Notes under the pieces: generated by a model | What the model was told of the DNA's origin: nothing | Database searches by the model: none | What the model saw: only the letters and a program-made list of their open reading frames with translations | Assembly: GCA_903813345.2 (NCBI GenBank) | Contig: CAIIXF020000001.1 | Coordinates: 30,380,001-30,444,000, forward strand | Direction of reading: 5' to 3' | DNA: 64,000 nt | Source: Owenia fusiformis | Taxonomy: Eukaryota | Translations under genes and position numbers: made by a program | Part shown: positions 53,001 to 63,267 of the stretch, one piece after another | Position numbering within the stretch: position 1 is the stretch's first letter | How the letters are laid out: every line of letters starts with the position of its first letter

Positions 53001-53136
53001 TACAGGAGGACGTGGACAGACTATTGGCACATATCAGACACATGTTGTCCAAACTAGGACGTTAACTGTACCCACACATACACCGTCTCGGACTTCTTCA
53101 TCAAAAATACCAAAAGCATCCCCTAAAAAGAAATAA
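4978..53136 (+). CDS. MACF1: Spectraplakin gene (MACF1/dystonin/Short stop family), spliced, 5'-partial and with its middle lost in an assembly gap
   Basis: Manual splicing gives CH1 ([19 protein letters not shown]...[18 protein letters not shown]), CH2 (SWRDGRAF), many spectrin repeats, two EF hands, a GAR domain ([31 protein letters not shown]), GSR repeats and a terminal SKIP. This domain order is diagnostic of spectraplakins. All introns are GT-AG with consistent phases. The symbol denotes the family (co-orthologue of MACF1/DST). Confidence 0.97.
5452..5529 (+). CDS. MACF1: Spectraplakin exon, CH1 ([26 protein letters not shown])
   Basis: tttcag/gtaagt, 78 nt, phase 0-0; plakin-family [10 protein letters not shown] motif. 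Confidence 0.95.
7075..7167 (+). CDS. MACF1: Spectraplakin exon, end of CH1 ([31 protein letters not shown])
   Basis: Polypyrimidine tract + cag, gtatgg donor, 93 nt, phase 0-0. Confidence 0.96.
9016..13695 (+). CDS. Giant candidate alternative first coding exon (1560 aa, acidic and low-complexity) of a CH1-less isoform
   Basis: 1572-aa ORF inside the CH1/CH2 intron on the same strand; in-frame TAA at 8995-8997 upstream of the ATG; phase-0 donor CAG|gtaggc at 13695/13696, compatible with the CH2 exon at 29319. Confidence 0.75.
11581..12225 (+). repeat. Coding minisatellite: 20 copies of a 33/30-bp unit encoding [11 protein letters not shown]
   Basis: Read directly; includes a higher-order 96-bp (10+11+11 aa) unit repeated about 3 times. 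Confidence 0.95.
17203..17667. repeat. 119-bp tandem repeat, ~3.8 copies
   Basis: Unit starts at 17203, 17328, 17447 and 17566. Confidence 0.93.
17953..18646. mobile_element. piggyBac-like non-autonomous element, 694 bp
   Basis: TTAA on both sides; TIR cctttaccatgctgcc vs rc cctttagcgtgctgcc (mostly matching over 16 bp); CpG-rich interior. Confidence 0.85.
19944..20244. mobile_element. GC-rich MITE, 301 bp, CA(C/G)..GGCGGAT ends, apparent 5-bp TSD
   Basis: cactggcggatt vs rc caggggcggatc; gttat flanks both sides; many ggccc motifs. Confidence 0.7.
24030..24413 (+). CDS. Candidate alternative first coding exon (128 aa, [16 protein letters not shown]...TARRGK) of a CH1-less isoform
   Basis: More GC-rich ORF in the AT-rich intron; phase-0 donor AAG|gtaggc at 24413/24414, compatible with the CH2 exon. 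Confidence 0.78.
29319..29482 (+). CDS. MACF1: Spectraplakin exon, start of CH2 ([55 protein letters not shown])
   Basis: tttgtag/gtaaga, 164 nt, phase 0-2; CH2 motif SWRDG; absent from the ORF track. Confidence 0.96.
30232..30731. other. Assembly gap (500 N)
   Basis: Run of exactly 500 N. Confidence 1.
30732..30880 (+). CDS. MACF1: 5'-truncated spectrin-repeat exon ([49 protein letters not shown])
   Basis: Open frame from the gap edge to a phase-0 donor GAG|gtatgt; resembles the later repeat [13 protein letters not shown]...RFDTIK. Confidence 0.85.
34100..34695. repeat. About 215-bp tandem repeat, ~3 copies, inside the DIRS-like element
   Basis: gg(g/a)cctggat...cactccag...actagttcat...ttggataaact recurs at 34111, 34328 and 34541. 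Confidence 0.85.
36410..36797. repeat. 191-bp tandem duplication inside the DIRS-like element
   Basis: aactgttttgcagaagggttcaactcaac starts at 36420 and 36611, with high identity throughout. Confidence 0.92.
37689..37808 (+). CDS. MACF1: Spectrin-repeat exon ([12 protein letters not shown]...LKEHK)
   Basis: ccag/gtaaaa, 120 nt, phase 0-0. Confidence 0.93.
38043..38369 (+). CDS. MACF1: Spectrin-repeat exon ([10 protein letters not shown]...QDHIR)
   Basis: tag/gtaagt, 327 nt, phase 0-0. Confidence 0.93.
38604..39039 (+). CDS. MACF1: Spectrin-repeat exon ([10 protein letters not shown]...DEAAG)
   Basis: cag/gtaagc, 436 nt, phase 0-1. Confidence 0.93.
39311..39891. mobile_element. Non-autonomous element with an asymmetric inverted repeat and a nested terminal hairpin (Crypton-like or Helentron/HINE-like)
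   Basis: 39311-39325 is the rc of 39737-39751; perfect 25-bp stem 39770-39794/39846-39870 encloses a 10-bp stem; CpG-richer than the flanks; ends approximate. Confidence 0.6.
39931..40157 (+). CDS. MACF1: Spectrin-repeat exon (LKNKVGDL...QQEILD)
   Basis: cag/gtaaga, 227 nt, phase 1-0. Confidence 0.93.
40420..40644 (+). CDS. MACF1: Spectrin-repeat exon (AMREEIE...FHDELI)
   Basis: ttcag/gtaaga, 225 nt. Confidence 0.93.
40854..41609 (+). CDS. MACF1: Spectrin-repeat exon (QILAWLQE...LEQFM)
   Basis: tgcag/gtaaaa, 756 nt; MACF1-like [19 protein letters not shown] and [11 protein letters not shown]. Confidence 0.95.
41821..41991 (+). CDS. MACF1: Spectrin-repeat exon (NVYKELDE...GDDRK)
   Basis: tag/gtataa, 171 nt. 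Confidence 0.9.
42199..42354 (+). CDS. MACF1: Spectrin-repeat exon (NKLDEAV...IEEHK)
   Basis: tgcag/gtaggg, 156 nt. Confidence 0.93.
42675..43328 (+). CDS. MACF1: Spectrin-repeat exon (DLQKDISS...VDDHK)
   Basis: acag/gttagt, 654 nt; conserved [20 protein letters not shown] and [15 protein letters not shown]. Confidence 0.96.
43498..43692 (+). CDS. MACF1: Spectrin-repeat exon (VFESELEKR...EAEKK)
   Basis: tgcag/gtgagt, 195 nt. Confidence 0.93.
43897..44025 (+). CDS. MACF1: Spectrin-repeat exon (AENFHKK...LEDHK)
   Basis: ctag/gtacga, 129 nt. Confidence 0.9.
44304..44447 (+). CDS. MACF1: Spectrin-repeat exon (NLLAEIS...CHPDA...ARWEE)
   Basis: ttcag/gtagac, 144 nt. Confidence 0.93.
44765..44953 (+). 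CDS. MACF1: Spectrin-repeat exon (IMDRATQ...LGEHA)
   Basis: tttag/gtaagt, 189 nt. Confidence 0.93.
45146..45294 (+). CDS. MACF1: Exon, last spectrin repeat with basic insert ([13 protein letters not shown]...GLGIK)
   Basis: tgtag/gtgggg, 149 nt, phase 0-2. Confidence 0.85.
45565..45706 (+). CDS. MACF1: Exon ([16 protein letters not shown]...[19 protein letters not shown]...LNE)
   Basis: ttcag/gttagt, 142 nt, phase 2-0. Confidence 0.93.
46469..46631 (+). CDS. MACF1: Exon, EF-hand 1 ([41 protein letters not shown])
   Basis: tacag/gtaagg, 163 nt, phase 0-1; canonical DxDxDG loop. Confidence 0.96.
46960..46986 (+). CDS. Candidate 27-nt cassette microexon between the EF hands (SLRFLGRRN)
   Basis: ctctgtag acceptor, ATG|gtaaga donor, phase 1-1, no stop codon. 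Confidence 0.55.
47557..48471. mobile_element. pogo/Tigger-like non-autonomous DNA transposon, 915 bp
   Basis: TIR cagtaaaacctg/caggttttactg, TA on both sides, subterminal cctctctgtagggaaaacct motif three times. Confidence 0.88.
48945..49057 (+). CDS. MACF1: Exon, EF-hand 2 ([38 protein letters not shown])
   Basis: ttcag/gtgagt, 113 nt, phase 1-0. Confidence 0.96.
49350..49466 (+). CDS. MACF1: Exon, GAR domain start ([15 protein letters not shown]...CTCQKQF...GEGKYR)
   Basis: tttag/gtaagt, 117 nt. Confidence 0.95.
49636..49753 (+). CDS. MACF1: Exon, GAR domain core ([39 protein letters not shown])
   Basis: ttcag/gtaaat, 118 nt, phase 0-1; GAS2 signature. Confidence 0.98.
50439..50528 (+). 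CDS. Candidate 90-nt cassette exon after GAR ([30 protein letters not shown])
   Basis: Long polypyrimidine tract with upstream gctaat, tag acceptor, gtatgt donor, phase 1-1, open frame. Confidence 0.68.
51339..51458. repeat. 22-bp minisatellite, ~5 copies (gaggttgtacaagtacatgtgt)
   Basis: Read directly. Confidence 0.9.
51851..52044 (+). CDS. MACF1: Exon ([13 protein letters not shown]...GPITK)
   Basis: ccag/gtaagt, 194 nt, phase 1-0; conserved post-GAR AKGRTNxELRE. Confidence 0.95.
52341..52569 (+). CDS. MACF1: C-tail exon (IREKTT...SSGYGQ repeats...LNSP)
   Basis: tgcag/gtaagt, 229 nt, phase 0-1. Confidence 0.85.
52877..53136 (+). CDS. MACF1: Terminal coding exon with GSR repeats and SxIP ([17 protein letters not shown]...[12 protein letters not shown])
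   Basis: ttccag acceptor, phase 1, TAA stop; several AATAAA follow (53216, 53342, 53461). Confidence 0.93.
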
Positions 53137-56100
53137 TTTATTCAGTGCATATAAAACTTAAAATGGTGTATGTTAGTGTAAATGGACATGTAAATGTGAT
53201 TTCTGAATAGGTGATAATAAATGCTAACAGAAGAGCATCGGACCTGTCATTACCTGGAAGTGTCACAGACAAATGTAATTACCAATTTCGACAAATATAA
53301 TTTCAATTTTGTACATCATGTAGTTGCTTAATATGGAAAATAATAAAAAATGCTTGAAGTGTATTGAAATTATTATAGCCTACCGCAATATTTGACTGCA
53401 TGATAATAAAACATAATATTATGAATTCATTTTTTTTAACCTTGGTTTCACACGACTAAAAATAAACGCAGAAAATGTAATTGTATATAAATTGACTATG
53501 CAGAGGTATTAAATATTATTTGCTGCTAACATAAACAAGTTAGCTAGATTTAGTTAGAAGCATGATGTACAAACAAATTTTTATGATTTTTATATCAACT
53601 TACAATTGTGTACACAGGTACATTCGTAAGTATGTATTTCGATGGAATAGTAGATGAAAATATTTTTACATGAAAACATTGCAGTATCATTTCGAAGATT
53701 TGTTTTCCATGAATAGTGGATTCTATTGTTATACAATTGTTAATTGTTGTGAATTATTTGTAGAATGTAAAATGTAATGCGATTCATGTTGCTTTATTTT
53801 GAATTAGAAGGTTGCTTGGATGTAGGCCTATGATGAATTCATCAATTGTTATTTAGATAAGTTGATAAAAATGGAACAAAGGCTAATCGGTGATAAGTGA
53901 ATTTGAGTAGCCGTATGGGTAATATGAAACAGGTCACTTGTCTGAACAATTTTGTATCATTTCTTTAGAGAAAAGGTTAATGCATTACCTTTATACAATG
54001 GGGACTTGTATAGAGATATTCCATTAGTCTGGTTTACTGTAATGCTACACAACAGTGATTAAAACAGCATTTGAGGTTAAATAAGGGCATCAACCCACAA
54101 AGGGGACAAGTGGGTGGATTACCTTATTCAATTTCAAATTACTCTGATAACATCAAAGCAGTGACCACACATGCCACAGGGAATTTTGATTAACTGAAAA
54201 AAGGATAAGGTATAATAATTAATTTTCCTCCAGGTGGAATATCATATATTCAACAGGGACTTGGGTGTTGATGTTCCATTTGGAAGAGTGAATATCCTGT
54301 TGGTTATCTTGTTTCATACTATTGTCAAGGGAACAAAAGGTAGCATACATACTGACATACACTTATCACGACTAGTTTTCACTGAGGCAAAATTGATTTA
54401 GATTTTTTGATTTAGTTTAGTAAAGAAATGAAATCTTATCATAGCAATGAAATATTATACAATAGAGTAGAATAAGAATATATGAATGTGATTGTCCAAC
54501 ACAGATGTATATGTGTTTTCTATAAATGGGGACTTTATTTTGAACACATAAGACATTGTACTTTTATTATACTTATGGTGCCAGCTATGAGTTGTGAAGG
54601 ATTTGTAAATCATTTGTAGTACCAGTTACTTTTAGTATAATATTTCTCATATGTTTTCTGTGAATTAGTAAAGAAGTTGCTTATTATATAAAGTAACATG
54701 AACCAATATATTGTTAATGCTATACATGTATGTAAGATATTTTCTAAAGGTTGTAATATATTAAAGTGAATGTTCTAAAAGTGTACATGTATATGAAGCT
54801 GTGATGTAAATTGTTCTAGGTGGTGTCAAACACAAACACACCTCTGTGTACTTATCTGCTTAATTTAACATTTATTTATGCAAAATACAAAATAACATGT
54901 CTATCAGAAGTTTTATTTATATATTAGGGCTAGCGATATAGGAAGGTTAATAATATTATTTATAATCATAGCATCTATTTTAGTTGCACATTTGACCAAT
55001 GTGGGGACAACGACTCATGCATTGATGTAGCTCATTCATTAATGCTGCTCACATTCTATTATAATACAATATATTCATATCATTTATCACACTTAGGCCA
55101 TCTCACATACTTAAGCCATGGTGTTGTGTTCTTAAAATAGATTATTATCTTCTTTAAATCTATAAAGCAAAAGCAAAATTTGATGTAATTATCATTTAGA
55201 ACAGTCTAGCACACAGACCCAATGTTTTCAAGGCATATGATCCTGTGTGCTACACTGTGTTTAAAAATCTAGATTCGTTCACATTATTTGAGTGTGAATT
55301 AGTCAAATATTTGCATTGTATTTCATCTTTGCTTTGCTTGTAGTGGTCTATAACATAAAATATATATGGTATTTTATACATTATAGTGCATTTGTCTACC
55401 AGACAAATGGTTCATGGAATAAACATATAAAACTAAGCTCATAAATTTCTGCATTTTGTTTGATTGATGATGTAAGGCTGATATTAATATTAAATGTTAT
55501 GTTGCACTTCAGATGACATTTATGATACATTCTGGTATAAAAGCAGGACCTCTGTGTCATACTTTCAAGACAGTCTATCAAATTGATTGTCAGTATTGAA
55601 TTGAGCAATCAGGAATGCTAATAGTCTACCATGTCTAGTGTCTGAGTGTTCGCATGTTGCAGCTCTCCTGCTTAAATGATGGATAGATATCAATAGAAAT
55701 CCAATTCAGAAGCTATTGATATGATGGACTTTCTTTTAATATCCGATTTCCTGTAAATGATGCTTAGCAGTTTATAATGAAACTTCAGGATGAAGATGAG
55801 AGTATTCGTCATGAGAAGTCCCAGAATATCCCTGACCACAAAAATCACACAATATTAGGAGTAATGCAATTTTGATTCTGGTGGCACAATCCTTGTGCTT
55901 AGCTTTAAAGAGATATCTGCACCCCTTATGACTATTAAAAAGCAATTTCTTCACTAAATGACAGCACTTTTTTCAAACAGTAATATTTATAGAAAAGTAT
56001 TATTAGTATTACCCTTTGCATTGGTTTGACTTCACTTCTTAATTAAAAGAGAGCTTTGTGTAGTTTAACTTGACTCTGCACGCAAAGTATTATTGAATCG

Positions 56101-59100
56101 TCTGTTGATTGTGCAAGTATTAGTAATATTTTCATTGTTTTAATAAGATGTATATTAATAGGATTATGGAAGCATTGAACCCTTTAATGTACCTAAATAA
56201 TAACTATTAGTCTATATGGATCATGGAAGCACTTGTTATGAGTTACCACAACAGTAGAAATCAAAGCAGTAATAATCTTTTGATTCTGACATATTTATGC
56301 AACCAATTATGAAAGTACTCTCCTCTCCATAAGTTTGGCAAAAAAGTCCCCTTTCTGGATTTCTTATCAAAGCCAATTCATGTTTGGTGATTTTAAAAAA
56401 GTTAATCAAAGTCATATTTCTGAGCTATTTAAGGGAACAAAATTTAAGATTCAAATATTGACAGGCTTTGATATGCTATCCAATGGAAATTTCTGGAAAT
56501 TTCTGTTTGCCAAAATTATGGAAGGGAGGGTGTATAGCAAAATAAGCCTAGAGAGTTCAAGCAATCAGGAATTTATGAATTTACGAGATGATTTTGGATA
56601 GAACCCATTAGAAACAATGATAGATGATGACAAAATGGTTAAAAATCTGACACTTTATTATGCGAGTAGAAATAAGCTTGATTTACGTCATTAAATTACC
56701 CAAAATTCAGTCAAAGTGATGTCATATTTAAAATCTACATGTAAATGTACATCTAGAAATGTGGTTTCGAAAATCATTTATCAACTTTGAAAATTTAATT
56801 TTTTTGAAAATGTGACTTCTAGTTAAGGTTGATTCCCCATGTTACAAAATCACAAAAAGTGAAATATCTTTTCTCATTGGACAGATAACATTTTCTTTTA
56901 CTCGACATATTTTAATTTGCATAACTATTAGATACATAAGGGTTATATGAAAATTGAACCACTAAAACAGATGTAAGTTAAAGGGAACTTTCTACTATAC
57001 CCGCCATACTATCTGACGTGAACGAGCCACCTGGTGGTGAAACTGGTAACTGCTTACTTGTGTCTGCATTATTGGTGATGACAAATTCCTGATGCTCATT
57101 ATAACAATGTCACCCCTATTTGGTGGTGAAATAAAATAAAGTGTAATTTAATATTTTAGGTAGAATTACAACTAGAAATATGTAAATGGATGTCTGAAAA
57201 CCCTTGTGATAAAAATACAATGCTATGGATATTGGATGAGCAAATTTGATAATTTGATCCACTGCGCTTTATAGAATGTTCTCATTTTGATGAAGCTTCT
57301 AATTTTATGATGAAATAACAGCATCGATATCTGATAAGTGCAGCATTGCAATATTCTTCAGATTACCTGTCTATATTTTTTATTTTGAATGTTTAAATAT
57401 GATTCTTTGGTGAAAGTATTTTTGAATTCTATATAGGTTCTAAGTACAGGAAAAATAAGAATATCCTGTTTCCATTGAAGTGCATAATTACTTTTTAATT
57501 TCTTTGTGATCATTTGAATGACAATATACTGCTCCAGTAAATAATATAGCCATACTTGAGATCTTATTATTGAAGTGACCCCTTTGGATCAATCTCCTCA
57601 AAAATAAAGAATAAAGAAAAACAAATGATCTTCTATTCAAGTAAAATATAACTATACTTTGAAAACATTGGATAAGGAACAAAAGAAGCCACTTGAAATG
57701 TTCAAGTTATTAAACGACAGGGGTATTAATCACAAAATATTTATAAACATGTATCTATTTTCAATTCATTTATTTAGAATTAAAATATTCTAATCCAAAA
57801 GATTATGGTCTTATCCTACAATCCTGTCCTTCAATTTAAAATGAGTGTGATGAAGAGAAAGCCACAAGAGGATGTGTAGTCAATAACTCTCATGTTGGAA
57901 TCATATGCATGAAAAATGAGACCTTGCTTTATACTATTAGTACACAGAAATAGAAAAAAATAAAATTTCAATAAAACAATAACCTTATTCGAGAAAAATA
58001 GAATGGATATTTGCACCAAGTTCTTGGCGGACTGTATTAGTAGTCCTATTGTACTGAATTGTAGATTGTTTAAGCACAAATGTCTTGTATCAAGACTTTA
58101 TGGGTGGTAGCTGACTTCAAAGGCAAGGATACAAAATATGAGTCCATTAAATCACCCACAATTGATGTGCTTACATTTTTTCACACATCTCAAAATCACA
58201 ACAAAAAAAAAAGAATGAAATACAACCAGAGTTTTTACAATGCTTGACCATTTTGACTTTCAACTTAGGTCATGAAATGGATGAGTGTAATTAATTTATC
58301 TGAATCTAAAACTAACTATGCACTCTGTTGTAAAATATAGAGTGCATTATTATTTTTTAAAAAACAGCGTTATGATAGGTTGGAATTTGATGATGCCTAG
58401 CTGTGTGAACAATTTTTACACACTTTATTGAGTTTCATTTCATTACATGGCAACTTATCTTACTCTCTGCACAGAGCTTGCTAAATTGCATTACATACAG
58501 TAATAATTATTCTGTCACCAAAGACATTACTATGGCCTCTATTTAATTTTAGGTCACCTTAGACATTTATATGGCCTCTATTCTTTCCATAATGTCATTA
58601 ATCTATGGGTCATAGACTTGGAGCTTGTTTGTAACATGGCAATTTGTAGCAATGAGTAATCATCAGTCCCAACACTCTAATACATTGTGCAATCACATTG
58701 TGACATTTTGCAATATATTTACAGATAAACATCATTGGAACATAAATCTAGTTGCGGAAGTATTGCTTGTGTATACATTGCTTTTTAGCATCACTAATTG
58801 AGGGTTGAAAGGGGCACAACAAATAAACAACTTCAAAGAAAGCTACTACATGCACCAACAACTGCTCCCTGGAGTGCTTACATTTTACTGTTTTAAAGGT
58901 TCAAATTAGTTTGAGACCACAAAATACATCACATTAAATTTATTTTAAGTAATAATAATAATTTATTTTTCAATCAACTATATATAATTAACATATTCCA
59001 GCATTATAAATATAGCAATATTTAATAATCTACAAGAATAAATACATACACCCTGACACCTACATACATTTGTGTAACTTCACCTAAAGGTATCAATAAT

Positions 59101-59656
59101 GTAATGTAAGTACATGTATTATGAATCAATCTCAAGTATTATATGAAATATCTACAAAGTTTATTGACTAGCAGTTTCACTCTCATAATGTCGATTCATT
59201 TAAAGATAATATGTTGAAGATAATTAACATCTTGTTCCATTTATAACAGTAACAACTCACTGGTAATTCAAAACATATCAACTTTGGTACAAAAGAACAA
59301 TTAATTTTTGTTGAATGTGGATCATAACCATAGCATTGCCTAAACTATGATATCATGTCTAATACGTTCAAGCTAACAACACCTGCATCATACTTTCTCA
59401 GAGCATTCTGATAACACTCCCATCATTTTATCTGACAGGTTCATCCTAACAACACCCGCATCATAATATCTCTGGAGGGTGCACCCTAACAACACCTTCA
59501 TCAAACTAACATTAGATGACATTCATTATTAGAACATATATGCTAATAAGCAATCTTTTTTCAATTTTCTCTAGTTACAGAAATATTAACACACCTAGTA
59601 TTCAAAGTATTCTGAATTTTGAACAACATACATCATATTTCTAAACAGCATAACTT

Positions 59657-60130
59657 GGACTATTTGTTCGATCCAGAATTAGCTGAAGTGGCCTATTTGT
59701 TAGACCCAGAACCAACTAATGAGGCCTATTTGTTAAACCCAGAACCAACTAATGAGGCCTATTTGTTAAACCCAGAACCAACTAATGAGGCCTATTTGTA
59801 GGACCCAGAACCAACTAATGAGGCCTATTTGTTAGACCCAGAACCAACTAATGAGGCCTATTTGTTAAACCCAGAACCAACTAATGAGGCCTATTTGTTA
59901 AAGCCAGAACCAACTAATGAGGCCTATTTGTTAAATCAAGAACCAACTTATGAGGGTTATTTGTGGTCAGAACTCAGAACCAACTTATGGGGAATATTTG
60001 TTAAAATCAGAATTAATCGATAAGGACTAATTAAACCCAGAACCAACTGATGGAGGAAATCTCAGGACTAACTAATGAAGGGCATTTGTTCGACCTGGAA
60101 CCAACTAATGGGGGTGATTTGTTTGACCCA
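59657..60130. repeat. 33-bp minisatellite (ccagaaccaactaatgaggcctatttgttaaac), ~8 near-perfect copies plus degenerate flanking copies
   Basis: Read directly. Confidence 0.93.
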
Positions 60131-60315
60131 TAATCTTTCCCTTGAATGGGCTCATGTTTTTATGATCATTTTTTATTCTACTGCTCATAAAAATCTATAA
60201 ATGATGCCATTAATGCCTTCCATATCTTCCTCAACATGTCCCAGACATGACAAATCATAGGTCAAGGTGCTACAGCAGACACATATTGATCATGTCTATT
60301 CTCAATTGTCAGATT

Positions 60316-60369
60316 TCACAGGAACATTGTCTTCAGTGACTTCTTTACATTCTCAATTTCCTTTTGTTG
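60316..60369 (-). CDS. Last coding exon of an unidentified convergent gene (QQKEIENVKKSLKTMFL*)
   Basis: Minus-strand ttttcag acceptor, phase 0, TGA stop; joins in frame to 62311-62376. Confidence 0.72.
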   Translation of the reverse strand, partial: QQKEIENVKKSLKTMFL

Positions 60370-61220
60370 CTGAAAATATAAACAAAGACTAGTACATATT
60401 ATGTATAGGAGGAATACAAGTGCATGTTAAAAGCTGAAAGGTGTTTACCTACCCACTTAAAAGACATCAAAAAGTAAGTTAACAGAGATAATGAGTTCTA
60501 AATGAAGGTATGTCACAGTAACTTAAACTATTTGTCCACAAATGGCTCAAAATTACATGTAGGATGATTTTTAGAAAGGTTTTTAAAAGGTCATTGTGTT
60601 CATGGCAAATATAACACTTCCTAAGAACTTCCAAAAATCGGAAATTAACAAATATCTATTGTAAAGAAAGATAGAGACAACAGCAGGAAGTGTGTTAGTG
60701 GATATATCTAATTGACTGTGATGTACGTACAAAGACTAAAGAATATTCAAGGCTCTAAAATCAGTTTGAAACCAGAGAATTTTTCATTTTTGCCAGTTTT
60801 TGACATTTTACTACATATACACTAGATATACAACAGGTGATGCTCAATTTAGTGGAATTTGTCTGCAGAGATTGATCATTTCTACACATTTTAAAACATT
60901 TTTTGAGTAAATTAGATGACAACTGCTCAAATTAGAGCAATTTTAGTGAAAATTTTGTGATGAATTATCTTGTCACTCTAAGTTTCAAGGTCATTTCTTA
61001 GTTGACAAAAAATCTCTGCACTCTGGGTAGTGAGAGGTAAAAAGTATCTTGTGATATGTTTTGTGGTGAACAGACTGAATTGAGTATTGAACAATAACTA
61101 TTGCATAAATTGAAGAAATGCAAGCATATGTATTTTAATCAATATCTTCAATTTAAATTATCATGTTCCATATATTTTGGGCTAACTAAATTGAGGTATA
61201 AACAAGCTAAGCATGATTAA

Positions 61221-61611
61221 AGGACGATTCTCGGTTTGGAGAATAGTCTCCTGGGCTAATAATTTTTTTCATGGAAAATATAGAAATATTACCCAAATTA
61301 AACTTTGAATATTCAAAAGAGAACATTTAAATCTACAAGATGTAAAAATAACAAATTGGTCTGAAGCAGGGATAATGCTCAATTAGACCGATTCAATAAA
61401 ATACAAGTCTCGATTTGGGGAAAGAAGTTCAATAGTGTACTGCGCTAATATTTTTTTGCGAAAAATCTATAAATATTACCCAAATTAAATTATGACTATT
61501 CAAAAGAAGACATTCAAATCTATATTATGTAAAAAAAATCAAATTTGTCCGAAGCAGGGATAATGCTCATTTAGATTGATGAACTTCGTTCTCCAAACCG
61601 AGAATCGTCCT
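61221..61611. mobile_element. Kolobok-like MITE, 391 bp
   Basis: Perfect 23-bp TIR aggacgattctcggtttggagaa; flanks TTAA/TTAG; interior holds two diverged copies of a ~188-bp unit. Confidence 0.85.
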
Positions 61612-61923
61612 TTAGAGATATCCAGTTCTGATGGGTTCTATTGAAGTTCAATGAGGAAGATCAAGCATATTGCTGCTGTCTTATTCTAATGAATTTTCAA
61701 TGATTAATCCTTGAGTTCAGTTAAGCTGTGTGATGTCTATCAATAATCAATGATGAGAACATGTCATCACTTTGATAAGCAATAGGACTCCTTGACATAA
61801 CATCTTGTGACATCACATCACAGATCAGTTATCGCTGAGATGCTCAGTGAAAATCAGTCTGACGGTCTGACCCCACAGTAAATCTTTCAGACATTGTCAG
61901 AAAAACCAAGAAAGTTAGCTATA

Positions 61924-62247
61924 CAGGGTGTTTCATAATGACTGCAACACTACATGTACCAATAACCACTCCAGATGGTATACAGCCATGTGTTATATAT
62001 CATATGAAAGCTTGTTCAATTCTAGACTTATTGAAGCAACTTTATCAACAAATGGCAGCAATAAATCTAGCAAAGGGTGATGGTGACTACCAAACATAAG
62101 TTCACAAATTATGTTCCCAATGATCATCATGACAATATTTGCCCAATAAGTCTAAAATTCAAGAAGCTTTATTATGATATATAGATTATGGGGCCATGTA
62201 ATCTAGGATTGGCTGTGGATGGGGGACGATCATTATGAAACACCCTG
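61924..62247. mobile_element. Tc1/mariner-like MITE, 324 bp
   Basis: 18-bp perfect TIR cagggtgtttcataatga; TA on both sides. Confidence 0.88.
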
Positions 62248-62310
62248 TATGATACAGTATTTATAGCAAAATAGTTCATTATTCTAGACAGCTGTGATTG
62301 TCATACTTAC

Positions 62311-62376
62311 AGCTTGTCGTAGAATCTTTTGCTGAAGCTGTCTAAGTTCTTGTCTCATAGCCTCCCTCATTCCACT
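62311..62376 (-). CDS. Penultimate coding exon of the convergent gene (SGMREAMRQELRQLQQKILRQA, coiled-coil-like)
   Basis: Minus-strand ctctgctttcag acceptor, gtaagt donor, 66 nt, phase 0-0. Confidence 0.75.
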
Positions 62377-62834
62377 CTGAAAGCAGAGACACACATACTG
62401 CACATAACAGAGGACAAGACAATACTGTTGTTTATACAGCCATTAAGTAGATTCTTACAGAAACCAATACATGTATTCAGTTGTAAAATCTATGTTTATG
62501 GGATATTCATAACCATTATTGAATAATAAATCATGATCAAGACCATCAAAACAACAAATCCCGCCTGTACATCAATTAAAGTAATTAAGTGCACAATGGA
62601 TCTCAATAGAGGACGATCCAAGATTTTAAAAGTACATGAACCAATATAATTTTTCATGGATGTTTGAGCATAATCTCAAGTATCAAATTAAATATCAAAC
62701 ATTTTTACCATTATTTTCAGTTTCATCAATAAGTTTGTAACAAGTCCAACTTTTTAAAACTTAAAAATCTTGAAAGGTGAAACTGACACTGCTACTTCTC
62801 AACCAACAGCAACATATATTATCTGAACATTTAA

Positions 62835-63267
62835 GGTTACTCTTTCCAAACATTTTTGAAAAAGTTCCTATACCTGCACATGTTATTTTCTGGTACAAGA
62901 TAAAGTATAAAGGAATGTGCAAATTTCCTTGCTTTTTTCAGGAAAGTATCCTTGCAATATCTTCTTTTAGTAAACCGGGTAACAGGTCGATGACAACTCC
63001 AGGAAATGCTGATATTTCAAGGAAAATCATTCAAAATGGCCACTTTTCAATTTTCCAAATTCCTTCTCCAAGTTTCTCAATAACACTGGATTTCCATTGA
63101 CCACTTACTAAGTTTACCTCGAGAAGACAATGTAATGATACTTTCCTGAAAAAAGCAAGGAAATAGACATACCTTCATACTTTATTTTAACTTTATTTGT
63201 ACCAGAAAATAACATGGACATGCAGGTCTAGCATCTTTCTCAAAAATGTTGTTTGGAAAGAATAACC
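62835..63267. mobile_element. Foldback MITE with TTAA flanks (Kolobok-like), 433 bp
   Basis: ttaa|ggtta...taacc|ttaa; imperfect arms of ~140-165 bp (e.g. tttccttgcttttttcaggaaagtatc and its reverse complement). Confidence 0.8.

Noticed and set aside
54080..54128. Imperfect stem-loop downstream of the spectraplakin stop
   Set aside because: Short interrupted stems; may be a decayed repeat, and the 3' UTR extent is unknown
59619..60023. PEPTNEAYLLN repeat ORFs, or a CRISPR-like array
   Set aside because: Head-to-tail minisatellite with no unique spacers; a one-base deletion and stop break the + frame and all three minus frames of the unit contain stops
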